Positions 1 to 12,921 of a stretch of DNA of 64,000 nucleotides are shown one piece after another. The translations under genes and the position numbers were made by a program. Under the pieces are notes generated by a model. The model was not told the DNA's origin. It searched no databases and worked only from the letters and a program-made list of their open reading frames with translations. Location: contig OX597837.1 of NCBI GenBank assembly GCA_951406725.2, forward strand, positions 24,366,001-24,430,000. Direction: 5' to 3'. Position 1 is the stretch's first letter, and each line of letters starts with the position of its first letter. Source of the DNA: Octopus vulgaris. Lineage: Eukaryota.

Positions 1-410
1 TGCTCAACTGAGATTAAAATGCCCTTTGATCATTGGGGGCTAAACAATTCCCTTCTTTGGGGAAAAAGAAAGGATGTACTTGACAATGTGATACAGACTA
101 TTATCATCATCATAATTTTACTATGGCATAGGTTGACTGATAGCATCTCACCACATGGCATGGCCTTTTATCGTCTGACATGCACAACAAAAGAGAACAC
201 TGACAATCCATGTTCTTGTGCATGTAAAATGGTTGGTAACAGGAAAGGCATCCAACCATGGAAATTAATCCCAAAAAAAAAACAACACCAACAGAATGGG
301 CTATGGGAATTTGACAGAGCCACCAGCACCATAGAGGTTATATGCTAGGACTAAACAGTCCCCTGCCTGAATAAACAACAAATAATCACAGCTAGAAAAA
401 ACACCTTTCT

Positions 411-829
411 CTTTTTCTCTCTTTTTACTTGTTTCAGTCATTTTGACTGCGGCCATACTGGAGCACCGCCTTTAATCGAGCAACTCGACCCCGGGACTTA
501 TTCTTTTTGTAAGGCCAGTACTTATTCTATCGGTCTCTTTTGCCGAACCGCTAAGTGACGGGAACATAAACACACCAGCATCGGTTGTCAAGCAATGCTA
601 GGGGGACAAACACAGACACACAAACATACATGCACATACATACAATATATATATATATATACATATATACGACGGGCTTCTTTCAGTTTCCGTCTACCAA
701 ATCCACTCACAAGGCTTTGGTCGGCCCGAGGCTATAGTAGAAGACACTTGCCCAAGGTGCCATGCAGTGGGACTGAACCTGGAACCATGTGGTTGGTAAA
801 CAAGCTACTTACCACACAGCCACTCCTGA
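411..829 (-). mobile_element. SINE family A
   Basis: Near full-length homologue of 25981-26381. Confidence 0.9.
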
Positions 830-1036
830 CCTTTGATCATAAGTTTACTTAATCAGGTCTAACCTAAGGTTAACAAATGAAACAAATCATTTACAAATAA
901 AAAGATATATAAGTGCTCCAGAATGGTCTTGACCATGATGGCTAAAAGAAATTAAAGAACATAAAGGTACAGAGCAATTTACAGATGAATTCCATGACGA
1001 CTCCTCGTTTTCAGCACTAATTAATTAAGTACTTAC

Positions 1037-1248
1037 TGATTTCTCTCTATGGAGTAGCACCGACTTATTAAAGCTACATAATAGTCCCCAAACTCTGGAT
1101 ATGGTATATGAATTCTTTGATGATGTTGTTGATCGTCTGCAGACTCAATAGAAAGCAGCGCACCATTGGAACAATTCTCTAAATTGTGAACATCAGGGAA
1201 ACCATCTTTGACAATGCACATATAGATGGTAGCAGTTTGGTTCTCTGA
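1037..1248 (-). CDS. PGAP6: PGAP6/TMEM8-family gene, exon 7 (gene continues beyond window start)
   Basis: TTTCTTTTTACAG| ... CA|GTAAGT, 212 nt. Encodes SENQTATIYMCIVKDGFP...RIHIPYPEFGDYYVALISRC, matching the TMEM8 IPYPE-x-x-x-[WY]Y motif. The EGF-like and 7TM exons are not in the window. Confidence 0.92.
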
Positions 1249-1625
1249 CTGTAAAAAGAAACATAAGTTTACATTAAGAAATTTCTGGGATGTATTCCAT
1301 TTAAGAGAACTAACAAATGTTTGGGGTCTGAGAATAACAACAAAATCTGACTTCAATATCAACGTGCAATGTTAGGCAAAGTGACAATGCTCTATCACAT
1401 AAAATGTCTGAAAAGACTCGAAATTCTTTGATAACATGAGAATAAGGATTTCTTTCACAGACACAAGGACAAATATTGTATGGGGAGAGAACGGTCAATT
1501 ACATCAACCCCATAACTTACTCAGTGATTTATTTGACTGACCCCAGAAGGATGCAAAATAAAGTTGACCTCAACAGGATTTGAACTCAGGACGTAAAGAT
1601 TATTCTGTCAAATGTAAGGGTTGTT

Positions 1626-2095
1626 CATCATCATCATCATTTAGCGTCCGCTTTCCATGCTAGCATGGGTTTGACGGTTCAACTGGGGTCTGAGAAGCCA
1701 GAAGGCTGCACCAGGCCCAGTCTGATCTGGCAGTGTTTCTACGGCTGGGTGCCCTTCCTAAAGCCAACCACTCCGTGAGTGTAGTGGGTGCTTTTTACAT
1801 GCCACCCGCACAGGTGCCAGATGGGGCTGGCAAACGGCCACGGACAGATGGTGCTTTTTACGTGCCACCGGTACGGGGGCCAGTCGGGGCGGCGCTGGCA
1901 ACGGCCACAATCGGATGGTGCTTTTTACGTGCCACCGGCACGGAGGCCAGTCGGGGCGGCGCTGGCAATGGCCACGATCGGATAGTTCGCTTACTTGTCA
2001 CCGGCACTGATATCACAGCTGCAATTTCCATTGATGTTGATCGACTTCGATTTTGGTTCTGATTTCTGATATCTGATTTGATTTGATTTCATTTC
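1626..2095 (-). mobile_element. Family C: RTE-3'-end-related short retroposon with (GAT)n tail
   Basis: Internal ~68-bp tandem subrepeats. Same 3' end as the RTE at 35620-35883. Confidence 0.8.
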
Positions 2096-4289
2096 ATTTA
2101 TATTATTTTGAATTAATCGTGTATCATCTTATAGTTTAAAGTTTTTGATGATGTGGTTGCTTAGACTTAGAATGACGCTGTGGAGTTGTGGTTAGAGGCT
2201 GGATCTGGCCAGTTTCAGCATAAAATGGATACAACATTTTGGTCTGTTATGGCCAGTTTGAATGCTAAAGGGTTAAAAACCAATATTCAGATACAGTTTA
2301 TGGTATTTAGTGAAGTAGATGTATCTCACCCTGCATATTTCCAAATGACTATAGTGCAGGCATGATTGTGTAATTAACCCCTTGACAATGGTTGACGCAA
2401 ATATGCGATCACACTTTTGCTTGCCTACCTGCGGTTAATGTAAATATATGATGTAGAGCTGCCCTACATCTATCACGGACTTTTTAGCGGCTGACGTACG
2501 TTTACGTTCGCTATCGTGAACTTTATCTCTTGAGGTGCCACAACAGACAATTATATTCTGGACAGCTCCATGTCAAACTGTCCAATCCATGCCAGCATGG
2601 AAAGTGAACGTTAAATGACAATGATGATGACGATGATATGATAATTAACACCATGGGGACAGCAATATTATGTCCCACATGAACAAAAAACCCTGTAGCT
2701 CAGCAACTGACATAAGGTGCAGAATAATTTATGTGACAACAAAGGTGTCAAGAAGGGTATCCAGTTGAAGAATACAGCCTCAAGGGGTCTCATCAAATCC
2801 ATGCCAATATGGGAAATGTGAGGTAAAAACGACAATGATGATTGTTATTTATTTGTTGCTGTGGTTGTGTAACCCTAAGACAGCTAATAGGCTTGTATTT
2901 TTAATAGCTACATGGACTAAGTCAGAAAGAATTAAGTTTACTTAAATTCATCGTGAAACAGCTGCAGTGAACATGAACTCAAAACCTAAGAATTAGCTGC
3001 TGGTGCAATACCATATTCTCTGAGACTTTCTACTTTTCACTTAGATATTAATCCTTCAGAGTAAAATAACCAAGTACCAGGAATATAACATAAATAAGAA
3101 TAGAGGTGGGGAAATATCTTCAGTGACTTTCTTGTATACAGTCAATTTAGTCAGAGATATTCAACAGGTTTATTTTGTGTCACAAGACTGAGTTCAAAGT
3201 ACTCTTGACATTTCTGTGAAAATACTCAGCTCAGTAGTTCAAAATAATACTGGGTCTCCATTGGTTACAATGATGAGGGTTCCAGTTGATCCAATCAGCA
3301 GAACAGCCTGCTCCCGAAATTAATGTGCAAATGGCTGAGCACTCCATAGACACACGTACCCTTAACATAGTTCTCAGGAAAATTCAGCATAACACAGAAA
3401 GTGACAAGGCTGGCCCTTTGAATTACATGTACAGCTCATTTTTGCCAGCTGAGGGACTAGAGGAACGCAAAATAAAGTGTCTTGCTCAAGAACACAACAC
3501 ATGGTCAGGAATTGATCACGTGTCGAACACCCTAACCCACATGCCTTCACTTAGTAATTTAAAATAAGGTATTTCTATATTATTATTGTCCACCAGAACT
3601 TGACATCTCTGATATTTTCGGGTTCATGTCATTGAAGAAAATAAAGATGCTAACGACATTTAAGTAATTGTTTCACTTCATCCAGTTAAATTGTAAATTT
3701 TTCATAGATTTTTATCCTCCACAGGAGGCAGTGAACTGGTAGAATTGTTGGATTAGCATTAGTTCTAACATTTTATATCCAGAGTTAATGCATCATAGTA
3801 ACTCTAACTCTTTACTTCACAATACTTTATTTTGAACCAAAAATAAACATTCAAAATCCTGAGCAAAATACATTTTAAGGCCATTTTCCCTAAAGTAGCC
3901 TTTAACCGTTGCAAACTCCATAACAGTCTTTTCCACTTTGAATCATATTTATCATGGCTCCCTTTCTGGGGCAGTATTTTACAACCAGGCAACAACCCTT
4001 TTACCTGCCTCATATGACACACAAGAACACTACTGGGCACCTATTCAGGGACAGGGGAAAACTTAGTAACCTGAATACAAATGTAATAATGGTTTCAAAT
4101 TTTGGCACAAGACCAGTAATTTCAGGGGAGAAGTTAAGTCAATTACAACGACCCCAATACTTAACTGATACTTATTTTATCAACCTCAAAAGGATGAAAG
4201 GCAAAGTCGACCTTGGTGGAATAATATTAAAAAAGTATACTAAAAGCACAAAGGAGGGAAAAAGAAAATAAAAAATTTTAAAAACTCAC

Positions 4290-4600
4290 AAGTTTTTGTT
4301 TATCGAAATGCAATGTTATACCAATGGTACCTCCGGAATTGGATAGGAAACGGACATTGAAACCAGTTATCAGACTGTGAGTGTCGGGAACAACTAAAGT
4401 GTTGTTCCTCTTTGGCATGAGAAATTCATTGGGAAAGACATAAATACTGTTGAAATTCTCACTGGCACTACTGAACTGTCCCAACATAGGAAGTATAATA
4501 CATTTGGACTGAAATTCCGGGGCCACCTGGCTTTTGTTAGCTGCCATTGATTCATCTGTGGAATTCTCCATGAAAATGTGTGATGACTTCGCTTCACATT
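4290..4600 (-). CDS. PGAP6: PGAP6/TMEM8-family gene, exon 6
   Basis: CTTACTGTTTCAG| ... CTT|GTGAGT, 311 nt, phase 1 to 0. Encodes ECEAKSS...SKCIILPML...FLSNSGGTIGITLHFDKQKL, containing the TMEM8 [DN]SGG[ST] motif. Confidence 0.9.
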
Positions 4601-5101
4601 CTGAAACAGTAAGACAACAGGGTTAGCAATAGCAGCAGAAATAAGGATTTTTGCACAAGGCCAGTAATTTCGGGGGAAAAGTAAGTCAATTACAATGACC
4701 CCAGTACTTAACTGGTACTTATTTTATCAACCTCAAAAGGATGAAAGACAAAGTCGACCTTGGTGGAATAATATTAAAAAGCATACTAAATTACAGTCAC
4801 AAGGTTGTACTTGAATAAAGAGAAGGTTATGGCAGAATATCAAACAATCCAATTAGAAATACTTATGTGGTGAGGAAAAGGCAATACTGGTTTCAAAATT
4901 TGGCACAAGGCCAGCAATTTGGAGGAGAGGTTGGATGATAACATCAACACCAGTATGTGACTGGTACTTAATTTATCAACCCTGAAAGGCAAAGTCGACC
5001 TCGGCAGAATTTGAACTCAGAACGTAGCGATGGGTGAAATACCGCTAAGCATTGTCCAGTGTGCTAGCAATTCTGCCAGCTTGCTGCCTTAATAATAACG
5101 A

Positions 5102-5102
<1 letters not shown>

Positions 5103-5160
<58 letters not shown>
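5103..5160. repeat. (AGT)n microsatellite
   Basis: About 19 perfect units. Confidence 0.97.
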
Positions 5161-5610
5161 ATAGTAATTATAATGGTTTCAAATTTTGGCACAAGGCCAG
5201 CAATTTTGGGGGAGAGGAAAGCCAATTAGATTAATCCCAGAGTTCAACCGGTACTTATTTTATCAACCCTGAAAGGATGAAAGGCAAAGTCAACCTTGAT
5301 GGATTTTGAACTCAGAACATAAAGACAGACGAAATGTCACTAAGTATTTTGCCTGGTGCGCAAATGCTTCTGCCAGCTTGCTGTCTTATGAAAAGGCAAT
5401 ATTAATGAATGACTAATATTTTAATTTCAAGAAATATGGATGAGAAACAATGCAAAGCATGTTTCAGTATTATTAAGCTTCATCAACAAAACAGATTTTG
5501 CTGTTCTTATTTAAGTAATGACAAGAGAATTACTAAATAGATGTTTGACAATATTGCACAGGAGCAGATAGGGAAACTCTGTTAGAGTGACCTGATCCGT
5601 GAATAGATTA

Positions 5611-5763
5611 GGCGTAGGAGTGGCTGTGTGGTAACTAGCTTGCTAACGAATCACATGGTTCCAGGTTCAGTCTCACTGTGGGCAAGTGTCTTCTACTATA
5701 GCCTTGGACCAACAAAAGACTTGTGAGTGGATTTGGTAGATGGAAACTGAAAGAAGCCCATCG

Positions 5764-5796
<33 letters not shown>

Positions 5797-5995
5797 CTGT
5801 GTTTGTCCCCCCATCATCGCTTGACAACCGATGCTGGTGTGTTTACATCCCCGTAACTTAGCGGTTCGGCAAAAGAGACTGATACAATAGGTACTAGGCT
5901 TACAAAGAACAAGTCCTGGGGTCGATTTGCTCGACTAAAGGCAGTGCTCCAGCATGACCACAGTCAAATGACTGAAACAAGTAAAAGAGTAAAGA
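5611..5995 (+). mobile_element. SINE family A
   Basis: Full-length homologue. Confidence 0.9.
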
Positions 5996-6204
5996 GAGAA
6001 AAAGAGAGAGTATCTTTCTCATTTTCCCAAGACTGAGGGAAAATAAAAATCAACCTCAACTCAATTTGAATTTTGGGAATGTAGCAGGAATGTAGCTAAC
6101 TGTTGTATTCAGTAATTAGTTACATCCACAAAATTCTTTCTGAAACTGCAACATCTTAATGGATGATACTGATGGCAGTGATGATGTTGGTGATGAGGTG
6201 GAGG

Positions 6205-6600
6205 GTGGAGGCGCAATGGCCCAGTGGTTAGGGCAGCGGACTCGCGGTCGTAGGATCGCGGTTTCGATTCCCAGACCGGGCGTTGTGAGTGTTTATTGAG
6301 CGAAAACACCTAAAGCTCCACAAGGCTCCAGCAGGGGATGGTGGTGAACCCTGCTGTACTCTTTCACCACAACTTTCTCTCACTCTTTCTTCCTGTTTCT
6401 GTTGTACCTGTATTTCAAAGGGCCAGTCTTGTCACTCTCTGTGTCACGCTGAATCTCCTCGAGAACTACGTTAAGGGTACACGTGTCTGTGGAATGCTCA
6501 GCCACTTGCACGTTAATTCCACGAGCAAGCTGTTCCATTGATCATATCAGCTGGGACCCTCATCGTCGTAACCGACGGAGTGCTCCTATATACTATATAG
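6205..6600 (+). mobile_element. SINE family B (tRNA-derived) with 13-bp TSD
   Basis: A box TGGCCCAGTGG, B box GGTTTCGATTCCC. GATGAGGTGGAGG on both sides. Confidence 0.9.
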
Positions 6601-6704
6601 ATGAGGTGGAGGAGAACATAAACTGAAAACTAAACATTTTAGCAGAGGAAGAAAGAGAACCATCAATAAAAAAAAAAAGCATGTGATGGTTAACTATTTG
6701 CTCT

Positions 6705-7112
6705 CTTTCTCTCTCTTTTCTCTTTTACTTGTTTCAGTCATTTGACTGCAGCCATGCTGGAGCACCACCTTTAGTCGAGCAAATCGACCCTGGGACTTAT
6801 TCTTTTGTAAGCCCAGTACTTATTCTATCGGTCTCTTTTGCTGAACTGCTAAGTGACGTGGACGTAAACACACCAGCATCGGTTGTCAAGCAATGCTAGG
6901 GGGACAAACACAGACACACAAACACACACACATACATATATATACATATATATACAACGGGCTTCTTTCAGTTTCCATCTACCAAATCTACTCACAAGGC
7001 ATTGGTCGGCCCGGGGCTATAGCAGAAGACACTTGCCCAAGATGCCACGCAGTGGGACTGAACCCGGAACCATGTGGTTGATTAGCAAGCTACTTACTAC
7101 ACAGTCACTCCT
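6705..7112 (-). mobile_element. SINE family A
   Basis: Full-length homologue. Confidence 0.9.
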
Positions 7113-7314
7113 ATTTATTTAGCTACACAAAAGTTCACACCTTCACCACACAGACACTCACAGTATCACCTCCTCCATTACTGAGATCGTCTATAACAAT
7201 TTGTACCACTACATTGACACTGCAGTACCACTTCAGACTACTACATTGCCACTCCTAAAACACTGTACTACTAGGCTAACATAATATACCATACCACTAC
7301 ACAGACACTCATAT

Positions 7315-7551
7315 ATCTGTTTCTTTACTACCCACAAGGGGCTAAACACAGAGGGGACAAACAAGGACAGACAAACGGATTAAGTCGATTATATCGACCC
7401 CAGTGTGTAACTGGTTCTTAATTTATCGACCCTAAAAGGATGAAAGGCAAAGTCAACCTCGGCGGAATTTGAACTCAGAACGTAACAGCAGACGAAATAC
7501 GGCTACACATTTCGTCCGACGTGCTAACGTTTCTGCCAGCTCACCACCTTA
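7315..7551 (-). mobile_element. SINE family D
   Basis: Full-length homologue. Older relatives at ~4090-4220, 4650-4770, 4888-5090, 5172-5390, 14200-14416 and 27842-27975. Confidence 0.85.
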
Positions 7552-7662
7552 TATCATTCATATAACACTACATTGACACTGCTGCAACACTTCATACCAC
7601 TATACTGAGACTCTCACAACATATCATATACCTACGTTAACAGAACCCCAGTAGTAACTTAC

Positions 7663-7946
7663 CTTCAGTGGTTACCTGCCATGTGACAGTGACAGGTGCT
7701 GTACTGTTGATATCACGGAGGTAGAAGGCAACAAAGTTTAACCCTGAGCTATTGGGTGACACAACTCGAAGGTGACAGTTCTCCGTAGAATTTGTACAGT
7801 TGATGAGAAACTCATCGACATCAAAAGGTGGCATGTTACCGTTGCCGATGGATACATAGATAGGACATCCTCCAGTGTCCACCGAGTCAACGGTACAGTT
7901 GAGTACAGAAAAATAGTACAGGTAGCTCAGAGGAGGGAGGACAATT
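7663..7946 (-). CDS. PGAP6: PGAP6/TMEM8-family gene, exon 5
   Basis: TTTCCATTCCAG| ... G|GTAAGT, 284 nt, phase 2 to 1. Encodes IVLPPLSYLYYFSVLNCT...GGCPIYVSIG...INCTNSTENCHLRVVSP...WQVTTE, with ectodomain cysteines and N-glycosylation sequons. Confidence 0.9.
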
Positions 7947-8169
7947 CTGGAATGGAAAGATTGAACAAATGATAAGAGAAAAGAAAGACTAATTATATAA
8001 ACATGATACATACATACACAGGATAATTTAGTGTGAGGTAAATTTAGTGTCGTGCTACAGATGTAGTGAAAGATCCTGTGTTAATTTGAACTCCGAACAT
8101 TGTAATACAATACTATTTCTCTTCTATTTATATATTTAGAACAAATAAGAGATATACATGCATATTGCA

Positions 8170-9845
8170 TAAGACATGCGTGCAGCACACTGCAGAAGAT
8201 ATGCATGTAGAACACTGCACAAGATGCTTATAGAACACTGTGCAAGCCATACCTGCAGGACACTGTGCAAGACACACCTGTAAGACACTACACAAGACAC
8301 ACCTGTAAGACACTACACAAGACACACATGTAGAAGACTGCACAAAACCCACCTGTAGGACATTACACAAAACACACCTGTAGGACACTGCACAAGACAC
8401 ACCTGTAGGACACTGCACAAGACACACCTGGAAGACACTACACAAGACACACATGTAGAAGACTGCACAAAACCCACCTGTAGGACATTACACAAAACAC
8501 ACCTGTAGGACACTGCACAAGACACACCTGTAGGACACTGCACAAGACACACCTGGAAGACACTACACAAGACACACATGTAGAAGACTGCACAAAACCC
8601 ACCTGCAGGACATTACACAAGACACACCTGTAGGAGTCTGCACATAACACACTTGTAGGACACAGCACAAGACACACCTGTAGGACACTGTACTCCACTG
8701 GACATGTCTGTAGGACACTGTACTGCACTAAACACACCCGTAGGACACTGCACAAGACACACCTGTAGGATACTGCACAAGACACACCTGTAGGATACTG
8801 CAGAAGAAACACCTCTAGGACACTTCCCTAAAAACACAGTTGTATGACACTGCACAAGACACACCTGTAAGACACTACATACAAGACACACCTATAGGAC
8901 ACTGCACAAAATACACCACTAAAACATTGCACAAGACACACATGTAGCACACTGCACAAGACATACCTGTAGGACACTGCTCAAGACACACATGTAGCAC
9001 ACTGCACAAGACATACCTGTAGGACACTGCTCAAGACATACCTGTAGGAGAGTGTGTGAGACATACCTGTAGGACACTGCACAAACACACTTGTAAGACA
9101 CTTCATGAGACCCATCTGTAGGACACTACACAAAACACACCTATAAGTCACTGCACAAAGTGCATCTGTGCTACACTACACGGAATATGCCTGTGGGACA
9201 ATGCAAAGAACACACTTGTGGGATACTGCAAAAAACCACACTTTGTGGGGCACTATACAAAACAATCTGTGGGGTACTACATAAGTCACACCTATAAAAC
9301 ACTGCAAGACACATCTGCTGGACACAGCAGATGCAAATGCAGAACACTGCACAAGACATACCTGTGGGACACTGCACAAGACATGCCTGTGGGACACTGC
9401 ACAAGACAAGCCTGTGGGATACTGCACAAGACAAGCCAGTGGGACACTGCACAAGACATGCATGTGGGACACTATACAAGGCAATTCTGCTGGACACTGC
9501 ACGAGACATACTTGCTGGTCATTGCACAGAACACACTTACTGGACACTACACAAGACACACCTGCTGGACAATGCAAAAGACACACCTGTAGGACACTGC
9601 ACAAAACATACCTGTAGGACACTGCACAAGACATACCTGTAGGACACTGTACAAGACATACCTGTAGGACACTGCACAAGACACACCTGTAGGACACTAC
9701 ACAAGGCACACCTGTAGGATACTATACAAAACACAGTGTAGGATACTATGCAAAACACATCTGTGGGACACTGCACAAAACACACCTGTGGGAAACTGCA
9801 CAAAACATACCTGTGGGAAATTGGACAAAGCACACCTGTAGGACG
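8170..9845. repeat. 25-bp minisatellite (ACACCTGTAGGACACTGCACAAGAC)n with a 125-bp higher-order block
   Basis: Roughly 65 diverged units. A five-unit block repeats at 8311, 8436 and 8561. Confidence 0.95.
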
Positions 9846-9861
9846 TCTCTTTAATACTCAC

Positions 9862-10001
9862 TTATAATATTTCATCTTGGACTCAAAACCATGCATTAAT
9901 GTTGTTGTAACAATTGTATTGGCCACAGCTTGACCATAACCTTTCCTCGTCTGAGTGACCAACATACCACGTACAGAGTATTTACATTTGGTGAGGATAC
10001 C
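9862..10001 (-). CDS. PGAP6: PGAP6/TMEM8-family gene, exon 4
   Basis: TTTTTCTGCAG| ... AA|GTGAGT, 140 nt, phase 0 to 2. Encodes GILTKCKYSVRGMLVTQTRKGYGQAVANTIVTTTLMHGFESKMKYYK. Confidence 0.88.
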
Positions 10002-10082
10002 CTGCAGAAAAATGTACAGTACCACCATCATAATCATTCTAAGCATCATCATCAGCATCACAGCATGACATTTACATAGCAT

Positions 10083-10314
10083 TTAACCCTTAAGCATTCA
10101 GATTACTCCGAAATATGATGTTTGTTTATTCACATTGTTTTGAATTAATTATGAATTAAACTTGTAGCTTCAAAATTTTGATAAAGTGATTGCTTATTTT
10201 TTTGAATGACATTGTATAGGGTCATCATGAGAGGCAGAGTTTGGCCAGTTTGAGCATAAAATAAGTAGAATATTTGAGCCTAATATGGCTGGTTTAAATA
10301 TGCTGAAGGGTTAA
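10083..10314. mobile_element. piggyBac-type MITE
   Basis: TTAACCCTT...AAGGGTTAA termini. Homologous to the 20041 element. Confidence 0.65.
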
Positions 10315-10490
10315 ACATGGATGATATAAAACAGAAAGTAGCATAATAGCATAATAATTAGCTTAGTTATTAGCAGAACATTGAAGAGAAAGTAGATGTT
10401 ATACATGGCAGATGTGCAAGAACAATAAACGCAAAGAAAAACAAAGGAGATAGGTTTTCTTAAACGCCCAGAAGATTCTTTGGAGCTAAT

Positions 10491-10895
10491 ACTCTTTACT
10501 CTTTTACTTGTTTCAGTCATTTGACTGCGGCCATGCTGGAGCACCGCCTTTAATCGAGCAACTCGACCCTGGGACTTATTCTTTTGTAAGCCCAGTACTT
10601 ATTCTATCGGTCTCTTTTGCCGAACCGCTAAGTAACGGGGACGTAAACACACCAGCATCGGTTGTCAAGCAATGCTAGGGGGACAAACACAGACACACAA
10701 ACATACACGCACACACATATATACATATATACGACGGGCTTCTTTCAGTTTCCGTCTACCAAATCCACTCACAAGGCATTGGTCGGCCCGGGGCTATAGC
10801 AGAAGACACTTGCCCAAGGTGCCACGCAGTGGGACTGAACCCGGAACCATGTGGTTGGTTAGCAAGCTACTTACCACACAGCCACTCCTGCGCCT
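10491..10895 (-). mobile_element. SINE family A
   Basis: Full-length homologue. Confidence 0.9.
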
Positions 10896-10899
10896 ATAA

Positions 10900-12633
10900 T
10901 AGATACTTTCTGATACTAAGGTAGTCAAATTAGCAGTGAAGAAGGAATGTTCTGTAAGAATAGTAGCTGGAGTAAGAATAGGATGGAGAAAATTCAGAAA
11001 GCTATTACCTCTGTTGGTAACAAGAGGTCTTTCTACTAGAGAGGAAAGAAAATTGTATGATGCTTGAGTACAAACAGCAATGCTTCATGGTAGAGAGAAT
11101 AGAGTCGAGAATGCAGAGAGCATGCGAAGACTAAAAAGAAATGAAACAAGCCTGCTCTGTTGCAGTACAATGTAAGTGCATCATGACAAAGTGTATATGC
11201 ATTGAGAGATAAAATTGGGCGTAAGCAGAATCAGATGTAGTGTGCAAAGAGAGAAGACTGGGTCGGTATGGCCATGTGATGCATAGGGACGAGAACAGCT
11301 GTATAGAGAAGTGCCAACTGCTAAATGTGGATGGAGCTTGTGAAAGAAGCTGATCCAGGAACACATGGGACAAGTAGTGGAGTTTGATCTCAAGATGCTG
11401 AGCCTTGTGGAATAAAAATGACAAAGGACCAAGGTGATTGGTATTTGCTGTACTCAAGACCAGTCTGTCTCAATGAAAGTGAGGTCTCAAAAAGCATTAG
11501 GTTTATGGATCTTGCCTCTCTACATCCAAACTGTACTTGTGAAGCCTTCCCTGCCTTTTATCTTCCTAACACCCGTCACCTCCACTTTTCTAACTGTGAC
11601 ATTATTCAGCTGCTATAACCAAGAGAAAAATATGCACACATTTCATTCTCCTTTGTTCTACTAGTTACCTTTCCTCTCCTAGAACCACTTCCTTACAAAA
11701 TCCATCCCTTCCACTTTATTTTTCACTTCTCATCCCTTTCTGTATCTCACTGAGATACATTTTAGGACTGCTATTACCTTATCTTTAACATCCCCTATCA
11801 TTTTCATCACCCTGGCATATCTGCCATTGACAACCCTCCTCCCTACACACAAACACTACTGCCACCCTTTGTATCTCTGACATCCATCTCTTTCACTGTA
11901 CATCTCTCTCGCACACCTAGTACATCCTCTACATAATTTCTTATCTACCTCAGGTATGTTATACCACTGCTCTCCTACCTCCTGGTATTGCCATTTATCA
12001 CCTCCTCCTTCCTGAACAACTTCTCACCTCTCCCCCACCATACTGACATTTACCATCAGCCACACCTCCACCTGCATTCCATTCCCTACACTCACCCTAC
12101 ACCCATCTCTAACCACCTGTGACCCTCCTCTCATCTTCTCACACTCTAATGAACTTATTCACCCATCCTTTCCAGATCTTTGCCCTTATTCTCTCCTATA
12201 CTCACCTTCTTGTACCTTGAGAGTGAACTCTGGCACTTCGTTACCGCTATTGCCATTGTTGTCTTCTTTTCAGCTACTTACCTCCATCCTCATAATGTGG
12301 GATGGCCATGTATCTCCACCTGAGCAAGATACCTGAGTCTGTCCCCCTATCATACTTTAGACTCTAAACACCAGGCATAAATCCACCTCCCTCTCTACTA
12401 CAATTTTATGCAATTAAGGATCTTTTCTTTGCCTTGTGAGTTACCTGACAACCTCACTAGTACCTGTGGAATATATTTAAAAAAGCACCCAGTACAACCT
12501 GTAAAGTGGTTGGTCTCTCCCCATAGAAACTATGCCAAAACAGACATTGAAGCTCAACAAAGTCCACCAGCTTAATGGATCCCATCAAATCAGCCAACTT
12601 GTGCTGGCAAGCAAGACAAATATTACATGATGA
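10900..12633 (+). mobile_element. Old RTE LINE 3' portion with long pyrimidine-rich 3' UTR
   Basis: Degenerate RIGWRKFRKLLPLL and RRLGRYGHV. Ends in sequence resembling family C. Confidence 0.65.
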
Positions 12634-12921
12634 TGGTATATATATTACATTTTGATAGGTTATCATCATTAAATATTATATTCTTGGACATGCACATAGT
12701 ACCAGGTTGGATTTGAACAAGGAAACTTTCAAGCAAGGTGTTCCCAACCAGTAATACTTGCATTCTCTGAGAGTGAGATATTATTTCATAGGGTGAGACA
12801 GAGAGGGAAAGTATATACTTTATTAAAATCACTTTTCAGAAAAAAAATTATTAAACAATTCCTAAGAAATAACTTTGTTTTATTAAGCACAACAGAAATT
12901 GTATTGTTCCATAGTACCATA

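Noticed and set aside
595-852. Recurrent small ORFs (MLGGQTQTH..., MLFTCHRH..., MFIERKHL...)
   Set aside because: Chance ORFs within multicopy SINEs.
6209-6290. tRNA gene call for SINE heads
   Set aside because: A and B boxes are present but there is no proper acceptor stem, and they are fused to SINE bodies with TSDs.
8128-9833. Cys-rich ORFs resembling metallothionein or keratin-associated proteins; also a CRISPR-like look
   Set aside because: They come from a 25-bp tandem repeat (not a multiple of 3). There are no unique spacers and no cas genes.
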